Positions 11,951-25,804 are shown, numbered from the stretch's first letter. The stretch is DNA of 44,865 nt from Seison nebaliae (GCA_023231475.1 JALJEE010001737.1:62001-106865); one strand, 5' to 3'. The notes: generated from the sequence alone by a model not told the origin. Program-made: numbers and translations.

Positions 11951-14900
11951 ATGGATAATCGTAATAAGGATGACCTCAACTCCCGATATCCACTCATGGA
12001 TGAGAGTTTTCGATCTAATCGATTTAATACTCGAAATAATAACGCCAATCGTCATCAAAGTCAACCACCTCTCAATAACACGTTAACAGGAATGTCGTTT
12101 ACAGATGCTGAACAAAGAAAATTAACAAAATCAACTTCATCTTTAGAAGAGAAATCAATTTTAATCGATAGTTGGTTAAATGAACAACATCGCGTAGCGA
12201 GTGAAGATATCAGTAGCATGCCTACCGATGCAGATGGATTTCCAAATCCTTTACCAGATAGACAACCGTCACGGAAAGCTGAATTGGTTGATTCCACGTT
12301 ACCATTAGGATCAAGTGCAGCTCTTTCTCCTGAAAGAGTTCCAACTCCAGATATTGTCAAATATTGTTTTGAAATGGATGACGTTACTGAAGAAATGTTA
12401 AATGAAGCGATTGTTAAATTGGAATTAGTTCTACAAAATCCTCCAGATGGTGAATATGATAACAAAGGGAAAATCCGTGATAAAATTTTATATCAATCAT
12501 TACGTCTTTTTACGGATAGTGATGAAAATTCTTCTTTAGTTACGAGAAGTGATGACAAAAATCTTAAAGTTTCGCAACATCGACCATTAAGTCGAAAGAT
12601 GAAAGATATTAATCGAATTTTTGATATTGATACTACCAGAAATTCCTGTTGTAATGTCTTCAATGTTTTTGGGAAGGATGCTACGAAAGATGAAGATGAT
12701 GACCAAAACATGTATGAAGAGATTGAAGATAATTTGGGAGATTCGAAAAATGATGAAGAAGATGAGACAATTGGAGAAATATTAGATGTTAACAATGAAC
12801 AACAAATCAATCCATATGAAAAACTTCCTTTAAACAGAAACAATTCTTCGATAGAGAAGTCAAATCGAGAAGATGAGATTAGAAAACGTTTAAAGGATAA
12901 CGAGAAACACATTTTGATTAATGCGAAAGGAGTTCGACGAAGGAGACATTATAGAAAACATATTTCTCCCCAAATGGAAAGAAGTAGAACCCAAAATGAG
13001 AAAAGGAAATTGCGAAACAAATTAAATTTGACACATTCGGATTTGGTGGATGTTGAATTCCATCATGAAAGAGATATTGATGGTTATTACTCATCTCAAG
13101 AAGACGATAATGAGAATTATAATGGAATTATGACTTATTCAAATGCTGTGTTATGGACTGATCCTCGTATGAGAAATAGTATGAATCAAGACAAGGTCGA
13201 AATGTTTCAACTAGATTGCCCTTCTGAAACGAAACAAACATTTCAAGTAGTTAATAACATAAACAATTATCTGTCTCCTAATTATTATCAGGAAATGAGT
13301 GAAAATGGAAAGAACTTACAAAGAAGTGATGAAACATTATTGAATAATTTGTCGAGTGGAAGAACTTCCATCAATACTGATAAATCGACTGATACCATTC
13401 TAAAAAGCCCATATTCACATATACGACAACAAAAGACAAACATTGAAGAAATGTCTCACCAATCATCCGAGAAAGCAGCTACAATAAATAATGCACATAG
13501 TGAATCATCATTAATAATTAGAAGAACTTTAGAGAATATTGCATTCACTTTGCCAGTGGAAGAATCGACTGATCTCAAATCGACTATTGACAGTGAAGAA
13601 CGAGATGTTCTTTCACCTTTATCCTCTATTAAATCTCCACAATCTCCCACGTCACCTATGTCATTCTCTAGTGGAAAGAATCTCTCCGAAGTCAGTAGTA
13701 CTTCCAAATATCATTCTGCAGGCTCTGAAATATGTTATAAAGACGCCAAATATTGTAATTGTGGACAACATGAAAGGAAAGTGGAATCGGAAGATGAACG
13801 ATTTCCAGGTTTTTATTCGGTTGATAAGGAGAGTAATCGACCACATTCACCAACTGATTCTTATCCTTATGTCAACGAAATTGAGAATGAAGAAGATGAT
13901 GCAGCTAGAACTATTCAAAATTATTTCCGAAGAAGAGTCGAAGAAAGTAAACGAAGACGAGAAGAGGAACGTGAGAGAGAATCACAGAAAATCGCAAGAG
14001 ACCTTATACAAACAACGATAAGAGATAGTAGTCGACGTTTCGATAATGCGGCTAAAATTGTACAGCGTCAAATGAAACGTTACGTCAATAAACGTCGAAA
14101 TGAAAGAAGAGAGAAAGCAGCCAGAATTCTTCAACGGAATTTTAAGACATATTTGTTAAATTCTCGCCGACCAGAAGAAATTTCTGAAAATAAAACGAAC
14201 AAATCAATATCAGATGTGAATAAGGAAATGATGATGATGGAAAGTCATATCAAAGTTAATTTACATTTAAATGAACAAATTATATCACGACAAAGTTTTC
14301 CCAATTTCAATTCGGGAGCATCTTCCCCAATTTCATCAACTGCTTATCTAAATGACAATTTAATGGATGGTGCGGTGAATGAGAATAATGAATTGAATGA
14401 AAGAAATTTACTTCTGAATGAAAGTCTGATATCATCGAAAAAAATTAGCCCAGTCACATTACCATTTGTTCTTGGATCACCTTATTCTTCCACTCAATTG
14501 TCTCCTTCCACACAATTCTCCTTACAACATCCATTTCCCTCAAATGTATCATCACATTCTTTCACTCCTCATATTCACACATTGCCCACACTCGAAAGCA
14601 ATCGAATAGGAACCACTGAGAGTACTTCAACCTCCACCACACAATTCACTTTACTAACAAATACTTCGTCATCATCTCCGAAAACAATAAACACATCAAT
14701 CTTCCAACCGTTATCTGGTACGAGCGAAACATATTCAGTTGGATGTGAATCATGTTCTACAACGTCATTAAAAACGAATGACGAACATATCATAGAAGAT
14801 AATTCTTTATCATCTCTCGCGTCATTCAAATCAAAAGAGAATGTCTCAATTGATTCTCCTCCGACGAAGACAAAATTCGATTTAAAACATTCAACGCCAA

Positions 14901-15955
14901 TTAATTTGGATAAATATGATACAATAAATTCAACATTCCATACACGACGTCATGTTATTGAACTTCTGCAACCGATGCACAGAGACTCTGCTTATAGCGA
15001 TATGAGCGATAGCGAACTGTCCGCTAGAATTGATTTACAGACGAAATATAACCAAAAATTAAAAGATCCATTAACAACCGTTTCGTCATATTATGCTGAA
15101 CATCGATCTTTTGCCACTATGACTTCTGATCAGTCGACCACGAATCATTCTAGTAATGACAATAATTCTAATACATTAATGAATAAACAGAAATTCATTC
15201 ATAACACTCAAAATATTCCAATGGAATCTGAAGGAAAATCATATGCGAATCATTTGAATCGTAAGGATAGTTTTGAGAAAATGACTCAATGCAATTTCGA
15301 ATATAAAAACAAATCAAGATATGATGAAGATGATTCAATTTACGAGAATCTTTCCAGTTACTCTTCATCCAATAATGAAACTATCGAATTCTTAATCAAT
15401 AAACCTGCAAGTCCAAAAAGATTATCTCAATCTTCCATTCGAACGGCACCAACAGCCAGATACTCATCTAGACCATTTCGGGAAATGGTTCATAGGTATG
15501 GAATTCCTCGTTTAAATTTAGCAACAACCAAAAGTAACATAGCACCTAAAAGACAAAAAGTAGATTCAAGAGATTGGATCACTCCCATTTCTCCATTAGC
15601 AACTACAATTATTACCAAAGACATAAAAACAACCAACTGTACGATTCCGTTAAATTTAGAAATGGAACATCAGAAAGAGTCATGTAAAAGAAAACCAGAA
15701 AAATCAACACAAAAACGGAAACATATGAGATTGCCGTCATCAGCATACTCCTCCATTTCTTCTTCTGCTGCTTCCAACATTTCTTCATTCTCTTTAGTAT
15801 GCAGACTCAAGCAGAAGATGGAGAAGGCTATTTCTCATACTGAAACTTCTTCATCCACATCGTCCTCCTCTACTTACCAGGAGTATATCGGATGTTCGAC
15901 AGACGAAGGCGAATGCCTTGATCACTCCACTAGATTAGCTGATTTGGTTTATTAA
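11951..15955 (+). CDS. Large single-exon low-complexity protein with three IQ-like calmodulin-binding motifs
   Basis: 4-kb uninterrupted ORF, first ATG at 11951 with an in-frame stop just upstream. S/N/E/D-rich; motifs AARTIQNYFRRR, AAKIVQRQMKRY and AARILQRNFKTY at about 13901-14155. Confidence 0.8.
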   Translation: MDNRNKDDLNSRYPLMDESFRSNRFNTRNNNANRHQSQPPLNNTLTGMSFTDAEQRKLTKSTSSLEEKSILIDSWLNEQHRVASEDISSMPTDADGFPNPLPDRQPSRKAELVDSTLPLGSSAALSPERVPTPDIVKYCFEMDDVTEEMLNEAIVKLELVLQNPPDGEYDNKGKIRDKILYQSLRLFTDSDENSSLVTRSDDKNLKVSQHRPLSRKMKDINRIFDIDTTRNSCCNVFNVFGKDATKDEDDDQNMYEEIEDNLGDSKNDEEDETIGEILDVNNEQQINPYEKLPLNRNNSSIEKSNREDEIRKRLKDNEKHILINAKGVRRRRHYRKHISPQMERSRTQNEKRKLRNKLNLTHSDLVDVEFHHERDIDGYYSSQEDDNENYNGIMTYSNAVLWTDPRMRNSMNQDKVEMFQLDCPSETKQTFQVVNNINNYLSPNYYQEMSENGKNLQRSDETLLNNLSSGRTSINTDKSTDTILKSPYSHIRQQKTNIEEMSHQSSEKAATINNAHSESSLIIRRTLENIAFTLPVEESTDLKSTIDSEERDVLSPLSSIKSPQSPTSPMSFSSGKNLSEVSSTSKYHSAGSEICYKDAKYCNCGQHERKVESEDERFPGFYSVDKESNRPHSPTDSYPYVNEIENEEDDAARTIQNYFRRRVEESKRRREEERERESQKIARDLIQTTIRDSSRRFDNAAKIVQRQMKRYVNKRRNERREKAARILQRNFKTYLLNSRRPEEISENKTNKSISDVNKEMMMMESHIKVNLHLNEQIISRQSFPNFNSGASSPISSTAYLNDNLMDGAVNENNELNERNLLLNESLISSKKISPVTLPFVLGSPYSSTQLSPSTQFSLQHPFPSNVSSHSFTPHIHTLPTLESNRIGTTESTSTSTTQFTLLTNTSSSSPKTINTSIFQPLSGTSETYSVGCESCSTTSLKTNDEHIIEDNSLSSLASFKSKENVSIDSPPTKTKFDLKHSTPINLDKYDTINSTFHTRRHVIELLQPMHRDSAYSDMSDSELSARIDLQTKYNQKLKDPLTTVSSYYAEHRSFATMTSDQSTTNHSSNDNNSNTLMNKQKFIHNTQNIPMESEGKSYANHLNRKDSFEKMTQCNFEYKNKSRYDEDDSIYENLSSYSSSNNETIEFLINKPASPKRLSQSSIRTAPTARYSSRPFREMVHRYGIPRLNLATTKSNIAPKRQKVDSRDWITPISPLATTIITKDIKTTNCTIPLNLEMEHQKESCKRKPEKSTQKRKHMRLPSSAYSSISSSAASNISSFSLVCRLKQKMEKAISHTETSSSTSSSSTYQEYIGCSTDEGECLDHSTRLADLVY

Positions 15956-18900
15956 AATGTTTAGTAGAGAAACTGCTTTCCTGGCTAACTTGAAAAATAT
16001 GAACTAAAATTAATTATAATAAAAAATAAATTGAAAAATGCTTTGCTTCGTCACCTTAACTAATTTGATTCAAACGGAATAATATTTTCAATGATTATAA
16101 TAATAATTCGTTATATTATCATTATTATCTAAATTACGATTCATATTTTTACTTCTATAACAAATATTGTTATTGAAGATAAACTAATTTATAATGTAGT
16201 CAACAAATTCAGAAATATTGAAAGTCAGGAAATTTTGTGTTGTTTTCTGAGATATTGCTTCTCTTATCGAAATACAGAATGTCTAACAAACAATTTAAGA
16301 GGGAGTATTAAATGAATCCAATATATTCTGATCATAATATGTTAATAGTAAATTCCTTCTCACATTCATATCATGTCAACGGTTCCGCATGAAATTTAGA
16401 TTTTCTATTTTTGACCTTCTGAACTTTTGTGAGTTGCAATTCTATCTAGAAACATTTCACATACATAATTTCTTTGTTAAGACGCTATCGGAATTTTTAG
16501 ATAAGAATTGGCGTTAATTTCACTAACATCGAAACTTTTTGAGTTCAATGAGGAAGATATCCATCTTCATGTTTGAGAGAAGTTCAGCTTTGAAAGTCAA
16601 TTTTTAGAATTAAATATTTCCAGAATGAAATGATGTAATGATAGTAGTGTAGAATGATATGGACTCGCAATTTGGTTTGATTTGTAATAAGAAGAAAAAT
16701 GACTCACTCGCCTTCCGAAGTTGATGAAGGCGAAAATGAACGCTTCAGTGAAATGCAGATGATGCCGTAATGATTGTAGTTTTTATGTTGGAGACGGTGT
16801 CGTCGATTAAATAATGATGAACGTTCTTATTTAAATAATCTATTTCCATTGCATGATGCTTCTCTGTCAGACATCATATCACATTACATACACTTCCAAC
16901 GTATAAAAGGTTATAACCGATTTATTATCAGCCAACTTGATCAAAATTCCAATTTATCATTATTGCGGATGAACGCGAAGTGATTAAGGTCGCGACTCGT
17001 CATTCAGTTCGCATTTGACTTGAAACAATTATTCAACATTCGATAATAGTCGACGAATGAACGTTAACAAGAAAACGGTTCAGAATTCATAATAATGAAT
17101 AATAAATGACGGGAAGAAAGATCATCATTGTCATATCATATCAAATTATTTATTCTCATGTAAATAAGTCGTTCAAGAAACGTCAGAGCATTAAATTTCC
17201 TTATAATTTTATGATATTAATTCCTGAGAATTTAGAGATATTCACAGGAAAAGTGATCAAACTAAAAGAACTAATTCAATGAATGAATAAATAAATGGAA
17301 TGAAGAAAATGATTCAATATATGAAGAAAGTAAGAAAAGTTTATAATTAGACGCAATCGTTATCGAATCACGAAAGGAACGAACTCGACACTTCCTCGAC
17401 TGTCTTATCATATTTTCATCATTTTAATTTTCTATTTAACAAATTTTATGTATTTATCATTCCATTCTCATTTAGTTTCATATAGTTTATCTTTCTTCGC
17501 ATCTCCCTCCAATTCTCTTGAAACGACTTAATTTTATCATTGACATTTTTATAATCCAACCAGGTCCAACAGCACTTCTTCAAAATGTATCAAGATTTTT
17601 AATTATCAAAATTTTATTGTCATCTTCCTTGTCAAGGTGTACATTTAGGTGTACAATTTTTTTAGTCAACAGAAAAAAGTTATTGAAAGATGATGCCACT
17701 AACAGAATTGTGTTAGTTGACATGTTTCATTGTCCTACCAAATGTTTAGTACGAGAGCTCAAACTTTTTTTGTAAACGGAAATTTTTTCGTGATTCACTG
17801 ATGTGAAAATTACAATCGGTCGTCATCTTTCATTCCTCTTTTTTAAAATGTTCGTTCATTTATTCTGTTGCATTCGTCGATCGAGAGAAAAGTTGACGCA
17901 ATCGTATATTTGTATTAGAAGAAGAAGAACCTTGGTAATTGATAAAAGATATAAATTATTCACACATCTTTTTGAAATATTTCCCAACTCTTCTATTTTT
18001 ATCATTTGGTAGTTTCATGTTTCTATTTCACATTTCAAAAAATTTAAGTTTGCAGACTCTAAATCGAACGAGTCGACTACGTTCACATCATTATAGAAGA
18101 AGTTTTTAACATATCTTCTTCTCCATCAATTATTCAAATATCAATCATAACAAGAATTATCATAATTTCTAACCGTTAGTATTTTTGGAAATTGAATAAT
18201 TAAACTTTTCACATTTTCCATCATCGTCATCATCATTTGGTAAATATTAACATGATATGTTATGATCATGACATTCCAAATGATAAAATTATTTCAAAAT
18301 ATTCCTGTTGGAACTAAACGCGTTTTTCCTTTTCTTTACTAGACAACTTTAGAGCAAAGAAGAATGAATTCGGAACGAAGGAAACTACGATTACCCGTTT
18401 TGCGCCCTCATAGTAATATGGATTTTGGTACAGACGAAGGAAAGAAAGAAAAGTCGAATCAACCTCATGGAACAGATGCCGAATATCAAGGAAGACATTC
18501 CAATCGAAGGTTATTATTTTTGTCAATTGAAAGCGGAATAAATCCGATGAAAGAGTTTGGATGGAGAGGAGACATAAATATCTTTTTCTTAACGCTCTCA
18601 TGAAGCCGAGAAGAATTTTCTCATCTAAACTATTCAATTCATTCTTGTTTTTGAAGAGGAACGAAAGTCGTATAAGATATGACACAACCTCGATAATTAG
18701 CCATAAATGTTTTACATTTCTCTGTGTATCAGAGGCATATGAAGGAGGAGAATGATATTTGGTGAAGAATTCTTTCCACGATGATAATAAACGTTGTGAT
18801 AAGAATAGTATAAGAAAGTATGAGCAGAAACTTCTTCCCGAAACATGAAGAAGGAAAGGAAGGATACGAAGCGTGAAATGGAAACGTCTGATTCAACTAA

Positions 18901-19514
18901 AGCGACAAGAGTATGTGCAAACTATTTCTACTAGACGGAGAGGAGAAAGAAAGAGAATAAAAATTTTCAGTCTTTCACAACGGAACGAAAATAAAAGAAA
19001 AAAACCAAAGACAATAACAACAAATATATTCGCGTTTGACCTACGTCTATTCTCTGATTCTTTCTCAAATAATGAGATATCTCTTGTCGAGATCTATTTC
19101 TTTGCACTTTATCGACTATACTGTATGTTTTTTCTCTATTCGTTCTTTCATCTCTTGCGTCGTCTTACACCCATCAACATCATAATACACGGCTCTTTTT
19201 CGAAAGGAATTTACTTTAATGAATATCAAATAAGACACATAGAATGAAGAGAAGCCGCTTCCATCTTTCATTCATCTTCCTCCTACATAAGATAACGCCA
19301 TCTCTTTTTTATCATGATCATTATAATTAGTATTATAGTCATCACTGTCAATTGTTATCAGCCGTTGAATGATATAATAGTGATCATCTTAAGAACGTTA
19401 CTTCTCCGTCGAGCATGATTCGTGTCATAAAACACGATTGATGTTTTAAAGAATTTCTAATAAATTATCCACAAACAAAAAGTAATGTGGAATTTGAGGA
19501 ACATCATCAGATTT

Positions 19515-19993
19515 GTAAGTTATTTATTATTGAATAAAAAAGTATTTTTCCTTCCTCTCCTCCTTAAAAGTTCCTCATTATTTCCCTAACATGTAAGCAT
19601 CACCTTGAAGATTCGAATTATTAACGTTTATTGTCGTTTGTAATGAAGCATCGCGCCAGTGTTCTCCATCATCCGTTTCATATTATCTCATAAATCATAG
19701 TATTTCTCATATTCCTTCTTGAAATGCCTTCTCTCCGATCCGAGATATATTAAGACTGAAAAAAAAAACAAACTTACAAATTCTAACGACCATCATCCAA
19801 ACGTAAATATCCTCATTTGTTTTGGGAATGAGAACAAACTATAAAAGAATTATAAATAAATATATTAATTAAATAAATTTTTATTAATTTGTTACATAAC
19901 AAATTTGAGTAACGCATTTTTTCCAATTATGATTATGACATGATTGTTTTACAATATGTCACATCTCGTCGTTCTATCTACTCACGATTGCAG
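19515..19993 (+). other. Possible 5'-UTR intron upstream of the MGENQS exon
   Basis: Perfect GTAAGT at 19515 and CTACTCAC..TTGCAG|G acceptor at 19993. Confidence 0.35.
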
Positions 19994-20278
19994 GTCAGGC
20001 AGAACCGGAATATTTATCATAACTATTAAATATTAGCACCTTCTTTCTTATTCTTTTTCATTACTCTTTCTATTTATTTTGTACTGTCGCATTAACTTTT
20101 CCATTTTACCGTTCGCTTCTTATCAGATGACAAGTGAGTGCCATTTGCATAAGTAGTTCCGTTATTTTCAAAGAAAAAATCATTAATAAATCATATTTCG
20201 TAGTCTGAACGAAATTGATTTTTTTATAGTTGAGAAGATTAGTTTTATGTATCAATAAAATTAAAAACAGAATAAAAA

Positions 20279-21785
20279 ATGGGAGAGAATCAAAGCAAAT
20301 TGGATGATCCACTCGCTGACCGTCACTTGAACACTGAACCTGAATTAATGAAAATACGACGTCATGCTTCGGATATACATCTTCCACCCAACACTTCCAC
20401 ACCCACAACCGGAACCACACATCGACGTTATGAGAAACGACGGAGACCTCAACTCAATTTAAACCGTCGTGGAAAATCATCAGTAAACGAAAGGAAAAAT
20501 ACTTCAATTTTACATTGTGTCCCATCCGATCCTAATTTCCATTTCAATATTATTGAGAGGATCGACAAACGACTTCTTATTAAATATCTTAGAGAAGAAG
20601 TGCATGAGAGAAAATCGACGAATACAGAACTGGAATATATATTTGAAAATTATGATGATCGAACTATTTATCAGAATTACGATATTGTTCCTTTAATTGA
20701 TGAAGTATGTTTGAAAGATGTGGTGGAGAGAATGTTGAGGAATGAGAAGAATTTATTTGATTTGAATACATCAGAATATTGGAATAAAGAAGAATCGAAG
20801 AAAGTCGTGTCTCCATTTGCAAAGAAGAAGAAAAATTGGAAGAAAATGAAGAAAAGATCATCTACAGTAACAAATGAAACGGGAACAGTATTGACATCAT
20901 CCAATTCAACATTGAAGACACCAGGAGAATCATCTTCGATTTCATCTTTGAAGAATGTCAATATTCTTCCGATGAATCAGAAAGACGTGACAATACTTTC
21001 TGATGATTCGGGTTTGGCGTCAAGGCCTCACAGTAAAAGAGATTTGTCGGAGATTGACATGTCGCTAACGTTAAACGAGGGTATGAAACATGTTTACTCT
21101 TCCCATTCCGACGATTATTCCACAAAAGTGAATGGAGATAAATCAGAAAAATCAACAGAAAAATTCTACGAACCTGGTAGTTTACTTTCTGATATTATGA
21201 TGCATATTAACAAAGAAAATAAAATTTCTTCCGCTTTCACCAACAATGGCTATCTCCCAACCTCTACAATTAATTCTCCGCAAGATGTCAAATATGAATC
21301 TCTTGAACGTGAAGATACTTTAAGAAATAATTATGGTCATAAACCGATTGAAGGCGATGGTCGTCGTATCGTTGAAGATTATCGAAGTGTCAACACATTG
21401 AAAACGGAGATCTTATGTTCCTCATTGGAAGAAAAAGAATCGTCTACGGATGATGACGAATCAAGTCCAGATGATGAACCAATTCCATTAAATTGTCGTA
21501 CTAACAACAACACTTATCATACGACGGATACGGATATAGATAACATATTCAACGTTATTGGTTTAGATGCATTGAGTCCTGATTCGCCGAAATCGGCTAT
21601 AGCAACAACTGTTCTGTATTCGGAACCACTCGCACAACAAAGACCAGTGACCACTGGTAAAGTGAGAAAAACCGTACGCTCAACGACAACAAAGAAAAAC
21701 TCTAACAAACGTTCTATTTATTTTAGTGACGAAGAAGGACGAGATGAAGAACGATCGTCGGAGAAACAGACAAACTGCGATGAAG
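20279..21785 (+). CDS. Large first coding exon (MGENQS...), probably exon 1 of the extended HSPA12 gene
   Basis: 504-codon ORF ending right after a perfect donor GAAG|GTAAGT (intron starts 21786, phase 1); MGxxxS myristoylation-like N-terminus. Confidence 0.75.
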
Positions 21786-22943
21786 GTAAGTAGAAATGTT
21801 TTCTAAATTATTCATTCCAATTCGCACGATTCGCGTTCTTTGATTTTGCATAATAATGAAGCATATTGTTCTTTCGCTTTTCTCCGTTCTTTCTTATTCT
21901 TATCATTTTGTCTTAAGAGAGTATATTATTAGTTAGATACATTTCATTCTTTCGCTTTTCGATTTCCACATAGTTGACACATCTGAATCTTTCATGAATG
22001 GATGAAATCATTACTCAATAATTATTTTCCTATTCAATTATTATTTTTTGTTTTCGTGCTACTCCCGCATTATCTCTCCCATTTCTTCCTCCAAGTGCAA
22101 CTTGATGTCCACCAGAATATTGCATTCTTCATGCAATAATGACTAATTGAACTTGAATTCAAAGTACTAATAGATCAACATTCATAATCCTTTCTCATAA
22201 CGACAATACGATATATAGATAGATAGAAGCAGAAAGTTAGATGGTATTATATGTACGAGTAATGGTTCAAATATATCGAAGATGAAATCGTCCTATTCAA
22301 AAACTGTCCGATAGAAATTAATTCGAATTAGAATACGAAGAGTTTATAATAATCGAATAATCGAGGAATGCACCGAAGATATTAGACAGTAGATAAGGAA
22401 TGAATCGGAGGGAAGATTTGATGGGAATGGGAAGCAGAAGAAACAATAGTTTAGATAACAGATATTTATATACTGTAAGCATTGATTGTCCTTCATTATC
22501 ATCTATTAAGTAAAATGTGGAAAAATAGATATGTAGTCGTTTCGGTCGTAGATGCGGATGTTGATGTATATTCTCATTTCTTGTGTTTCATATGTCGATC
22601 AAACGATCAATCAATCAGTCAATCAACGATTGAGAACAAATATTATTGTACGACGTCTTTCGAACGAAGTTTGTCTGATGAATGTTCTCTTAAACTATTC
22701 CCATTTCCTTCGTAGAGGAAGTCAATTAAATTAAAGTAAATTAAAATCATTCATTTTTTATGTAATTGATAGTCATCTATTTGAAGATGGGTGGAATTTT
22801 CTTGTGATATTATACGGAACTTTCGCCACATTACCCTTTTTTCAAAATTCGACTCATTCAACTATTTTGGGAAGAAAAATTTGTATAAATCGTTTTTGAA
22901 ACTTTCTAATTCATTGGACAATATTATAAAACAAAAGTAATAG

Positions 22944-24980
22944 GAAACATTCAATCGTCTCTAATTGGTATTCCGAGAACGTCGATCGAACAAGTAAAGG
23001 ACTATAGTCACGGTAATGTACAGAATATAATTCGTTCGATCGAACACCGAATTGAAGAATCGCCAAAATCGGTGGAGAGTCGAGTGAAACCGACGAGTCG
23101 TATTCGAGAATGTTTCCAACCAGCCGTATACCATTTATCTGAAGAAGATATACTCTCGACCAGTTCAAATTATGATCAAGAACTTGAATATAAAAACGAA
23201 GAATTGGAAGATGATTTTCTTCGAAAAGATTCAGATGATGATGTTGTAAATGATAAAACGATCATTGAACATCACAAAAATTCAAGACGAAAAGTTCAGT
23301 CGAATAAAAACGATCGAAATTGGCAATCGATTCAATTACCAGAACAATCGAACGTCGACGACATTCTCTACGACGAACATCCGACTTACTTTTATGAAAA
23401 ACAACAGACATCCGTCGATCACACAATTATCGAAGATACACACAAATGTACCGTTTTAGGTAATGGTTTAAAAAAATTCGATTCAGAAACGAAACATTCG
23501 GAATATAATGACGAGAATTTCAATTTGAAAAAATCCGAATCTTTTCGAACGAAAATTATACCTCAAATTAAAGAAAGTAAAGTTGAACGACAATTTAGTC
23601 CAACTATTTCAATAAACAATGAACTGAATATCTCAATTCCATTGACCAATTCAGTTACCAGTGCGTCAACTCCAGATTTGAAGCAGATAACTTCAATATC
23701 TTCCAGTGAAGTGTCGAAAGGCGAAATGGGTATCGATCTACTTTCTCCTTTGAGTTGTTTTGGACAGAAAACGAATCGAGAGAAACATTTCAATCCAGAA
23801 TATGTCGATCGGACGAAAGATCGGAAAATCATTAAAATTAAAAGAATTCCAAAAGCAAAATCTGTCAATCAACAACGTTTCGTTCAAACCGAATCAACTC
23901 GACTTTCTACTGAAGATGAGTTGAAGAAACCTAGAAATATTCCAGTATCAATACCTGTCACTCTGCGGAAACAAATGAATAGGAATAGTAAATCTGTGCC
24001 TTCCTTATCTTCATATAATCGATTGGAATTGGATTCTCAATCGAAATCAAGAAATTTTCAAAAATATCAAGTTCCGATAATAGAACAACCACCGATGAAT
24101 GTTGGAGAGAAGCAATCATTTAAACAAGAAATATTCAAAGACAGAAATAACAGTGAACGACATCGAAATCGACACTATGACGAATATGAAGTCGATATAA
24201 AATCGGTTGAACGATCGAAGAGAAACTTATCACGATCAATACCATATCCATATCGAGATAATTGTGAGAAATGTTTGAAAGAGTTGAAAGTGAAAGAAGA
24301 GAAAGATAGAACGAATGAGAAGAAGAAATTGAAGAAACATGAAAAGAAAGAAGAGAAGAAACAAAATATTCCGATTCTTCAACTCTCAGATAATAAACTA
24401 AAGTCAACATCGACATTAATTGGGAGTGATAAGGTTAAAAGAAGAAAAGAGAAAGTGAAGAGAGACGATCCACAACGACAAGATAGTAGACAGGAGAAAT
24501 ACTCGAGAAAAGGAAGAGAAGAACAACGGAGCTCTCACAGTTTGATGATGAATGTCAACGATGCATATGATTCGAAAAATTTGCAAAACGAGTTCAATGA
24601 AGAACAATGGAATTCAGAAAATATGGTCAAATATGATGAAAATTCGGAAAATTTTGTGTTTGGAGTAAAAGATTCCTCGTCTCATTATCGTCATGGTGAC
24701 CAGAAAAGTGGTGTTGATAAAGAAGATACGAGAAGCAATTTACATAATAGTCAAAGTGTAAGAGGAAAAGTGGATGACAGTGTTCCTAGTACATCGCCGA
24801 AGCTAGATAGTTATTCTAGTAAAAATGCGACACATACGTTTAACACGCCAAGTTATGTAAGGGACGCTAATACCGAACAACAAACGAAATCGGTGACAGT
24901 AACTCAGCAGCATCATGTGAAGGATAAAGATATTCATTGTGCGTCTCGTTCAGGCGGAAGGACGTTACATGATTACAAAG
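22944..24980 (+). CDS. Large internal disordered exon (2037 nt, phase 1-1)
   Basis: Frame is open from 22910 with no ATG near its start. Acceptor TAG at 22941-22943, branch-like TTCTAAT at 22904, donor AAAG|GTAAAA at 24981 just before the ORF stop; length is a multiple of 3. Confidence 0.65.
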
Positions 24981-25452
24981 GTAAAATTACATTTACCCCT
25001 TAGTTCTATAAAATTTCAATTTTTTATTTGTGTTGTTTCGGGACCCGTATCATCTTCACCTCTTTTTCTAATTAATTCTATAGATAGACACCTGTATAGA
25101 TCACATAACCGGTTTTTGTATGTTTAGTACAAAGTATAAATATTTTGATTTAACATTTTACCTTCAATTTATTGATAGGTGGGGGCGGGGGAAGAAGTAG
25201 TTAAAATCTTTTCATGAAGTCAAAGGAGAGAAAAGAATATTTGTTTTGGAGAATGTTTTGTTTTCCAATTCTCAGATTTCGTTGTCATTTGCTGCTGAAT
25301 AGTCTTTTTCATTCTGTTCATATTATCACAGTTTTACGACTTTTCAAAATGCACCAAAATTGATTAATTTTTTAATCTTTCTTCCTTCTCTCTCAATTTC
25401 TGATGTTTCTTTTAATCAATGCCTATTAATCATCATCACATCATATTTCCAG

Positions 25453-25635
25453 AATTTAGAGCACATTGTAGTTTTATAAAACCACGTACCGCTTCCGCAT
25501 TAGTTACATATCGTGAAAAGACTACACCAAATGCTGAACTTCACGAATATTATCGAAAATTAAGGGAACGAAATCACTTTGACTCAACGGTATTGATTCC
25601 GTCGACGGATATTGATGCGAATCGTTTCCATTTCA
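25453..25635 (+). CDS. Small internal exon (183 nt, phase 1-1)
   Basis: Acceptor TTTCCAG (25452), donor A|GTTAGT (25636), open frame EFRAHCSFIKPRTASALVTYREKTTPNAELHEYYRKLRERNHF... Confidence 0.55.
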
Positions 25636-25804
25636 GTTAGTAATACAATGCACCATTGATTGATTATTCCTGTCATTCCCTTCTATTTATTTCCATCATT
25701 ATCGATTATTATCCAAATTTTAATCTCTTCTATTTCAAAATGTCTATTACTCGTTTATCAATTTCTTTCTATCATTTCTATCATAATCATTTCTACTGAT
25801 GCAG

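Noticed and set aside
16708..16733. Hairpin TCGCCTTC-N10-GAAGGCGA preceded by ATGA (SECIS-like?)
   Set aside because: Only an 8-bp stem, the geometry does not fit a SECIS core, and no upstream gene has an in-frame UGA.
17518..19247. Short ORFs in the long intergenic region (e.g. 18364-18603, 18873-19247)
   Set aside because: No recognisable motifs, F/L/I-biased composition, and no consistent splice partners found.
25660..25804. Hydrophobic N-terminus of the 950-aa ORF resembling a signal/TM segment
   Set aside because: Starts at TTG and is T-rich intron-like sequence ending in a phase-compatible acceptor; more likely translated intron.
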